A stretch of 4,155 bases of DNA from a virus (Duplodnaviria > Heunggongvirae > Uroviricota > Caudoviricetes): IMG/VR virus record IMGVR_UViG_2734482592_000009. The stretch is one strand, 5' to 3'. Shown piece after piece: positions 1 through 4,155 of the stretch. The translations under genes and the position numbers were made by a program. Every line of letters starts with the position of its first letter. Position 1 is the first letter of the stretch. Below the pieces are notes generated by a model that was not told where the DNA came from, made no database searches, and saw only the letters and a program-made list of their open reading frames with translations.

Positions 1-428
1 TACCGGACTCCTCCTGCGATCCCTTCTGATACTGTCATCAGCATTACGTCATCCTCCGTCATGTCCGCCACATCCGGGGAAGCGGGGATAACTTCATTCC
101 CGTCCGGGCCAAAGCGGACACCTCCGGCAAGCCCTGCCGCTTTCTGCATCAGCACATCATCTTCAGGCTCTTCGTCAGCCTCGCGCCGGTTCAGCAGACT
201 GAAATCCAGCGGATGCATCTCCGGATCGCTGAAAAACAGGCTGAGCACGGTGTACGTCAGCCCGGAAAAGTGCATATCCAGCAGAACATCATGAAAATAA
301 TGGGTACTGTAAAAGCGGTGCCAGTCGGCATACTCCGTGGATGACATCCCGGCAAGCATGGCGCGCCAGTCGGGTCGCCCCATCTCACGCGCCAGTTTCA
401 GGGCAAAACTCAGCTCACCGTCGAACAC
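1..428 (-). CDS. T: T segment of the gpG-T tail assembly chaperone fusion, made by -1 frameshift from G; 3'-partial (continues a few nt past the window start)
   Basis: I translated the minus strand in the -1 frame from position 428: VFDGELSFALKLAREMGRPDWRAMLAGMSSTEYADWHRFYSTHYFHDVLLDMHFSGLTYTVLSLFFSDPDMHPLDFSLLNRREADEEPEDDVLMQKAAGLAGGVRFGPDGNEVIPASPDVADMTEDDVMLMTVSEGIAGGVR. There is no stop before the window edge. This matches my recollection of the lambda gpT region. It has no independent start/Shine-Dalgarno; it is expressed only as the G-T fusion. Confidence 0.8.
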   Translation of the reverse strand, partial: MFDGELSFALKLAREMGRPDWRAMLAGMSSTEYADWHRFYSTHYFHDVLLDMHFSGLTYTVLSLFFSDPEMHPLDFSLLNRREADEEPEDDVLMQKAAGLAGGVRFGPDGNEVIPASPDVADMTEDDVMLMTVSEGIAGGVR

Positions 429-832
429 TTTCCCGCAGAAACAGGCTCTGCAGGCCCGGCGTCCTCTGCCTGTTCAGGAGCATCATTCACCACAAACTCA
501 TACATACCGGACAGCCGGTACACCACGTTTTCAGCATGAGAAATTGCCTCTGTGGGCCAGGTGGTAAGCACTTCCTGCTCAATCTGTTTAACGGCTTCAT
601 TCATGGACGGNNNNNNNNNNNNNNNNNNNNNNNNNNNNNNNNNNNNNNNNNNNNNNNNNNNNNNNNNNNNNNNNNNNNNNNNNNNNNNNNNNNNNNNNNN
701 NNNNNNNNNNNNNNNNNNNNNNNNNNNNNNNNNNNNNNNNNNNNNNNNNNNNNNNNNNNNNNNNNNNNNNNNNNNNNNNNNNNNNNNNNNNNNNNNNNNN
801 NNNNNNNNNNNNNNNNNNNNNNNNNNNNNNNN
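410..832 (-). CDS. G: Tail assembly chaperone gpG; C-terminal 66 codons visible (410-610), start lies in N-run 611-933 and is inferred
   Basis: Visible translation PSMNEAVKQIEQEVLTTWPTEAISHAENVVYRLSGMYEFVVNDAPEQAEDAGPAEPVSAGKCSTVS ending at TGA (410-412), recognised as the gpG C-terminus. It contains the G GGA AAG slippery heptamer in the zero frame. The start coordinate assumes a 140-aa product. Confidence 0.85.
   Translation of the reverse strand, partial: XXXXXXXXXXXXXXXXXXXXXXXXXXXXXXXXXXXXXXXXXXXXXXXXXXXXXXXXXXXXXXXXXXXXXXXXXXPSMNEAVKQIEQEVLTTWPTEAISHAENVVYRLSGMYEFVVNDAPEQAEDAGPAEPVSAGKCSTVS
428..434 (-). other. Programmed -1 ribosomal frameshift slippery heptamer G GGA AAG (G to G-T recoding site)
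   Basis: Plus strand 428-434 is CTTTCCC, which is GGGAAAG on the minus strand. In the G frame it sits as GCG GGA AAG (X XXY YYZ register), 6 codons before the G stop. The -1 frame stays open for more than 140 codons to the window edge. Confidence 0.9.
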
Positions 833-933
833 NNNNNNNNNNNNNNNNNNNNNNNNNNNNNNNNNNNNNNNNNNNNNNNNNNNNNNNNNNNNNNNNNNNN
901 NNNNNNNNNNNNNNNNNNNNNNNNNNNNNNNNN
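611..933. other. Run of 323 N (masked or unsequenced); hides the 3' end of V, the V-G spacer and the 5' part of G
   Basis: Contiguous n characters flanked by V coding sequence (upstream in transcript) and G coding sequence (downstream). Confidence 1.
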
Positions 934-1579
934 CGGTGATGGTCATACCACTGACCGACACGGTGGCTTTTGTTTTATCCGCAGACACCGCACGGAAGCT
1001 CTTGTCGGTTGCGCCATCCGGCTGGAATGCCACGGTCAGCGTGGTGCTCTGCCCTTTCACTACGGAAGCACTGGCGGGTGTCACCGTCATGCCGGTCGTC
1101 GCCGTCACCGTGCTGCGATCTTCTGCCATCGACGGACGTCCCACATTGGTGACCTTCACCGTGCGGGTAATCACCTCCTTCGCCGTCACCGCCTTACCGA
1201 TACTGCTGACCCAGCCACGGAACACATCGACCGTGCCGTTCGGGAAGCGGATTTTATAGGCACGGGTATCACCTTCATTAAACCACGCCAGCAGCGCCTG
1301 CTGCCCCTGCTCTCCGGGCATCCACGCCAGCGTGAAGCTGGTATCTCCGGCAGATTTCTGCCCCTGCCCGGTCGCAGTCCAGTCTGCATCTTCATCATCG
1401 AGATAGCTGTCGTCATAGGACTCAGCGGTCAGTTCGCCGGGCGTCAGGTCTTTAACTTTTGCCAGACGCGACCAGTCAACGTCTGAAAGCGGGTTCGCAT
1501 AAGGGTCACCGCTCCCCTTATAAACCCACAGGGTGGTCCCGGCACCTTNNNNNNNNNNNNNNNNNNNNNNNNNNNNNNN
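839..1579 (-). CDS. V: Major tail tube protein gpV; residues ~12-215 visible (934-1548), both ends lie in N-runs and are inferred
   Basis: Visible translation (K)[204 protein letters not shown], recognised as lambda gpV. Start and stop coordinates are extrapolated assuming 246 aa and are approximate. Confidence 0.8.
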
Positions 1580-1861
1580 NNNNNNNNNNNNNNNNNNNNN
1601 NNNNNNNNNNNNNNNNNNNNNNNNNNNNNNNNNNNNNNNNNNNNNNNNNNNNNNNNNNNNNNNNNNNNNNNNNNNNNNNNNNNNNNNNNNNNNNNNNNNN
1701 NNNNNNNNNNNNNNNNNNNNNNNNNNNNNNNNNNNNNNNNNNNNNNNNNNNNNNNNNNNNNNNNNNNNNNNNNNNNNNNNNNNNNNNNNNNNNNNNNNNN
1801 NNNNNNNNNNNNNNNNNNNNNNNNNNNNNNNNNNNNNNNNNNNNNNNNNNNNNNNNNNNNN
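1549..1861. other. Run of 313 N (masked or unsequenced); hides the 3' two-thirds of U, the U-V junction and the first ~11 codons of V
   Basis: Contiguous n characters flanked by the U N-terminal coding sequence and V coding sequence. Confidence 1.
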
Positions 1862-2011
1862 GCCCGTGTATTCAGCGCCGGTGAGATAAACGGCAATTGC
1901 CGGAAAATCTTCCTCATCAAAAACAGCGGGGCGACCATCAAAAAGCGTCGCCCCGGTGTCATGCTTCTCCAGTGCATCCAGTACGGCTGCACGGAGTTCA
2001 GTATGTTTCAT
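1616..2011 (-). CDS. U: Tail terminator / tail-to-head joining protein gpU; only the first 50 codons (1862-2011) are visible, the 3' end is inside N-run 1549-1861 and is inferred
   Basis: Visible translation MKHTELRAAVLDALEKHDTGATLFDGRPAVFDEEDFPAIAVYLTGAEYTG, recognised as the gpU N-terminus. ATG at 2009-2011 overlaps the Z stop (ATGA). The end coordinate assumes a 131-aa product as in lambda and a length-faithful N-run, which is not verifiable here. Confidence 0.8.
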
Positions 2012-2586
2012 CGCTTTATTACCATCCTCAGTTGATGCTGCAGCGCATAGCCCAGCTCTTTCGGAAGACGTTCACGCCGTATCCGTTCAATATTCTGTTT
2101 AAACGCCGTGGTCAGCGGCACCGCCATCGGGATTTTCACCACATCAATGGGGTAACGGTTTTTCCCGGCCACACGCTGCATAACATGCCACCGGCCGTTT
2201 TTCAGTTGCTGAATAAACGCGCCGGGAATACGACGGTTACCCACCACAAGCACGCTGCCGCCACCTTTCAGGGATGAACGCTGCCCCTTTTTATGACGCC
2301 TGCGGCGGGACAGGACAACCCGCGCATTACCCAGCTTGATTACGGGCAAATCCCCCCGGTTAACTTTGATTCTGGCCTGCGGATTTTTGACCGTGGCCCT
2401 TTTCAGCCTGGCCCTTTCCTTTACCAGTTTCCGGCGTACCTTTGTCTCACGGGCAACCTGTGACGCAGACTGCGATATCGCGGATGAAGCAACGCGGTTA
2501 ATGGCCATTGCGGCGGCACCGGGCACCGCCGTTTTGCTGATACGGCTGAGGTTTTCAACGGCCTGCTCAAGACCTTTTATGGCCAT
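2008..2586 (-). CDS. Z: Tail completion protein gpZ (192 aa)
   Basis: Translation MAIKGLEQAVENLSRISKTAVPGAAAMAINRVASSAISQSASQVARETKVRRKLVKERARLKRATVKNPQARIKVNRGDLPVIKLGNARVVLSRRRRHKKGQRSSLKGGGSVLVVGNRRIPGAFIQQLKNGRWHVMQRVAGKNRYPIDVVKIPMAVPLTTAFKQNIERIRRERLPKELGYALQHQLRMVIKR, recognised as lambda gpZ. ATG at 2584-2586 is preceded by AAGGGGGA. Stop TGA (2008-2010) overlaps the U start as ATGA. Confidence 0.95.
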   Translation of the reverse strand: MAIKGLEQAVENLSRISKTAVPGAAAMAINRVASSAISQSASQVARETKVRRKLVKERARLKRATVKNPQARIKVNRGDLPVIKLGNARVVLSRRRRHKKGQRSSLKGGGSVLVVGNRRIPGAFIQQLKNGRWHVMQRVAGKNRYPIDVVKIPMAVPLTTAFKQNIERIRRERLPKELGYALQHQLRMVIKR

Positions 2587-2597
2587 ACATCCCCCTT

Positions 2598-2951
2598 TCA
2601 GCGGCGACGGTTAACGGCAGGCGGTACGCCCCGTCCAAGCCAGAGATGACAACTTCCGCCATCATCCGGCGAAACCCGATCTACCCAGAAATTTTCCTCA
2701 CCGATGGTCAGCGTGTCTCCACGCCGCAGCTGCCGCACCTCATCAGTCCGGACAAACAGGGACGGGCTGGAGCCTTCAACGCGCACGCCCTGTCCGGCAT
2801 AGCTGATATTTTCAGGGTCATCAAAAACACCACGTATCACCGCACCTGACTGCTCACCGGATGTCATGGTGGCTGACGTTCCCATGTACCCGCGTATCGT
2901 TTCATCGGCGCGGGCAATGGCAGCATCGAACAGGTTATCGAAATCAGCCAC
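2598..2951 (-). CDS. FII: Head-tail joining protein gpFII (117 aa), GTG start
   Basis: Translation (M)ADFDNLFDAAIARADETIRGYMGTSATMTSGEQSGAVIRGVFDDPENISYAGQGVRVEGSSPSLFVRTDEVRQLRRGDTLTIGEENFWVDRVSPDDGGSCHLWLGRGVPPAVNRRR, recognised as lambda gpFII. The start codon reads GTG (complement of 2949-2951), preceded by GGGAGG (2956-2961) with a 4-nt spacer. Stop is TGA at 2598-2600. It starts 11 nt after the FI stop. Confidence 0.93.
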   Translation of the reverse strand: MADFDNLFDAAIARADETIRGYMGTSATMTSGEQSGAVIRGVFDDPENISYAGQGVRVEGSSPSLFVRTDEVRQLRRGDTLTIGEENFWVDRVSPDDGGSCHLWLGRGVPPAVNRRR

Positions 2952-2962
2952 AGCGCCTCCCG

Positions 2963-3361
2963 TTATTGCATTCTGGCCAGGCCGCGCTCTGTCATTTCGG
3001 CTGCCACACCGGCAGAGACACGAAACGCCGTTCCCGGCAGCACAAATGCCACAGGTTTATCCCGCGTGGCGTGAAGTGCATCAGTATGCAGCGTCACCAG
3101 TGCCACGACCGTGACCAGTTCAGCCGTATCCTGAATCACGGTATCCGGCTGCGCTGATACCACCTCATTTTCATGCCCGGTCAGCACATTTTCCCGGCTG
3201 AGAGGGGTGTCCTGACCGGCAGTTTCATCCGTGTCATCAAGCTCTTCTTCCAGCTCTGCCACACGAAGCGCCAGTTCTTCTTTCGTTCCCGTCAAACTGA
3301 CATCGCGGTTCAATTGCTCACCCAGCTCCTGAAGACGGGCAATCAGTTCATCTTTCGTCAT
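2963..3361 (-). CDS. FI: DNA-packaging / head assembly accessory protein gpFI (132 aa)
   Basis: Translation MTKDELIARLQELGEQLNRDVSLTGTKEELALRVAELEEELDDTDETAGQDTP...AEMTERGLARMQ, recognised as lambda gpFI. ATG at 3359-3361 is preceded by GGAGGAG (3365-3371, minus strand) with a 3-nt spacer. Stop is TAA at 2963-2965. The 41-nt gap after the E stop equals the lambda E-FI gap. The track's longer ORF (to 3400) starts at an upstream in-frame AUG with no Shine-Dalgarno. Confidence 0.93.
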   Translation of the reverse strand: MTKDELIARLQELGEQLNRDVSLTGTKEELALRVAELEEELDDTDETAGQDTPLSRENVLTGHENEVVSAQPDTVIQDTAELVTVVALVTLHTDALHATRDKPVAFVLPGTAFRVSAGVAAEMTERGLARMQ

Positions 3362-3382
3362 GAACTCCTCCACAGAGAGAAA

Positions 3383-3400
3383 ATGGCCCCGAAGGGCCAT
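3383..3400 (-). promoter_or_regulatory. Intergenic RNA stem-loop between E and FI: 7-bp GC-rich stem with cUUCGg tetraloop, followed by a pyrimidine tract; possible attenuator or mRNA-stability element
   Basis: Minus-strand RNA reads UAA-UC-AUGGCCC-UUCG-GGGCCAU-UUUCUCUCUGUGGAGGAGUUC-AUG. The inverted repeat ATGGCCC/GGGCCAT is perfect. It lies 2 nt after the E stop and 21 nt before the FI Shine-Dalgarno. Confidence 0.5.
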
Positions 3401-3402
3401 GA

Positions 3403-4155
3403 TTACGCCAGTTGAACGGACACGAACTCATCAGGATCAGCCAGCAGCATCAGCGGTGCTGACTGAATCATGGTGAACTCACGCGCCGGATCGCCGGTGG
3501 TCACCCAGTTTTTCGGGTAACGGGCAGAAGCGTTAATGCCTTCGCGCTGTGCGTCCGCATCCTGAATGCAGCCATAGGTGCGCAGACCGCGAGCCTGAGT
3601 GTTCCCCAGCACCATCGTGTTGTCCGGCAGGAAGTTCTTTTTGACGCCGTTTTCCACGTACTGTCCGGAATACACGACGATGGCCACATCGCCATACATT
3701 CCCTNNNNNNNNNNNNNNNNNNNNNNNNNNNNNNNNNNNNNNNNNNNNNNNNNNNNNNNNNNNNNNNNNNNNNNNNNNNNNNNNNNNNNNNNNNNNNNNN
3801 NNNNNNNNNNNNNNNNNNNNNNNNNNNNNNNNNNNNNNNNNNNNNNNNNNNNNNNNNNNNNNNNNNNNNNNNNNNNNNNNNNNNNNNNNNNNNNNNNNNN
3901 NNNNNNNNNNNNNNNNNNNNNNNNNNNNNNNNNNNNNNNNNNNNNNNNNNNNNNGTTGTTCGCCGCACTGCGGCCCATATCCACCTCAACCGGATCGAAG
4001 GCTTCACCGGTCATGGTGTATTTGCCCTTGAGCACGGCAGAAACTGCCTGCATCTCTTCGACCTGAGCAATGGCCAGCTCTTCGTCACGCATGTTCTGCA
4101 TGATGATGCGACGGCGGCGGTAAGCCGGGTCCGCCAGATTCTGCGGATCTTCATC
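3403..4155 (-). CDS. E: Major capsid protein gpE, 5'-partial (N-terminal ~90 codons lie beyond the window end); middle masked by N-run 3705-3954
   Basis: Minus-strand translation from 4155 reads DEDPQNLADPAYRRRRIIMQNMRDEELAIAQVEEMQAVSAVLKGKYTMTGEAFDPVEVDMGRS..., then the N block, then GMYGDVAIVVYSGQYVENGVKKNFLPDNTMVLGNTQARGLRTYGCIQDADAQREGINASARYPKNWVTTGDPAREFTMIQSAPLMLLADPDEFVSVQLA, ending at TAA (3403-3405). I recognise this as lambda gpE. The frame is maintained across the N block. The track's Met at 4101 is an internal methionine, not the start. Confidence 0.95.
   Translation of the reverse strand, partial: DEDPQNLADPAYRRRRIIMQNMRDEELAIAQVEEMQAVSAVLKGKYTMTGEAFDPVEVDMGRSAANNXXXXXXXXXXXXXXXXXXXXXXXXXXXXXXXXXXXXXXXXXXXXXXXXXXXXXXXXXXXXXXXXXXXXXXXXXXXXXXXXXXXXGMYGDVAIVVYSGQYVENGVKKNFLPDNTMVLGNTQARGLRTYGCIQDADAQREGINASARYPKNWVTTGDPAREFTMIQSAPLMLLADPDEFVSVQLA
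3705..3954. other. Run of 250 N (masked or unsequenced) inside the E coding sequence
   Basis: Contiguous n characters; the E reading frame is continuous across it (250 N plus flanking partial codons make whole codons). Confidence 1.

Noticed and set aside
1186-1992. Minus-strand ORFs 1186-1416 and 1444-1992
   Set aside because: These are off-frame ORFs nested in V and U (the second is open only across the N-run), with Arg-rich nonsense translations.
410-2011. 533-aa minus-strand ORF in the track, which looks like one large gene
   Set aside because: It is an artefact of N codons translating as X. It joins the gpU N-terminus, gpV and the gpG C-terminus, three separate genes whose stops and starts are hidden in the N-runs.
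2158-2166. GGGAAAAAC inside Z as a possible second slippery site
   Set aside because: In the Z frame it reads GCC GGG AAA AAC, so it is not in X XXY YYZ register, and there is no extended alternative frame downstream.
2963-3400. Track's 145-aa FI ORF starting at the AUG at 3398-3400, as the primary FI start
   Set aside because: That AUG has no Shine-Dalgarno and lies in the hairpin stem. The AUG at 3359-3361 has a strong GGAGGAG site and gives the 132-aa product. The upstream AUG is kept only as a speculative reinitiation site.
3371-3400. E-FI hairpin as a full intrinsic terminator
   Set aside because: The stem and loop are strong, but the downstream tract is UUU followed by CUCUCU, not a long U-run, and FI, FII, Z, U, V and G downstream must still be transcribed. 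It is more likely an attenuator or stability element, so it is reported as regulatory, not terminator.
61-3415. Plus-strand ORFs 61-294, 337-567, 341-1486, 552-1259, 970-1152, 1459-1884, 1533-1889, 1897-2277, 2336-2614, 2646-2849, 2861-3157, 2866-3114 and 3173-3415
   Set aside because: All are antisense to recognisable minus-strand lambda genes. Several are open only because they run through N blocks. They have low-complexity, Ser/Arg/Pro-rich translations typical of shadow ORFs in GC-rich coding DNA. The one I checked (61-294) has CCTCC, not a Shine-Dalgarno, upstream.
3599-4066. Plus-strand ORF 3599-4066 and minus-strand ORF 3501-4007 inside E
   Set aside because: Both are alternate-frame or antisense ORFs spanning the N block in E. 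The E frame accounts for the region with a recognisable capsid protein sequence.
1-4155. CRISPR arrays, tandem repeats, insertion-sequence ends, tRNA or other RNA genes
   Set aside because: By eye I found no direct-repeat/spacer periodicity, no terminal inverted repeats and no tRNA-like structure. The visible sequence is accounted for by the coding regions and short spacers.

Overview
This window is the reverse complement of the late morphogenetic (head-to-tail) gene block of a phage lambda-type genome; I recognise the products from the translations and cannot run an alignment. All real genes are on the minus strand, in transcriptional order E (major capsid, 5'-truncated at the window end), FI, FII, Z, U, V, G and the G-T frameshift extension (T), which runs off the window start. 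By lambda spacing the tape-measure gene H would begin at about position 1. Gene junctions are tightly packed (11-nt spacers, ATGA stop/start overlap). Three N-runs (611-933, 1549-1861, 3705-3954) hide the U/V junction, the V/G junction and the middle of E, so those gene ends are inferred. I see no novel system in the visible sequence: this is a well-characterised module. The observations worth a second look are a strong stem-loop between E and FI, an in-frame AUG 2 nt after the E stop that could give an extended FI, and N-run lengths that do not match lambda spacing. All plus-strand ORFs in the track look like antisense artefacts.
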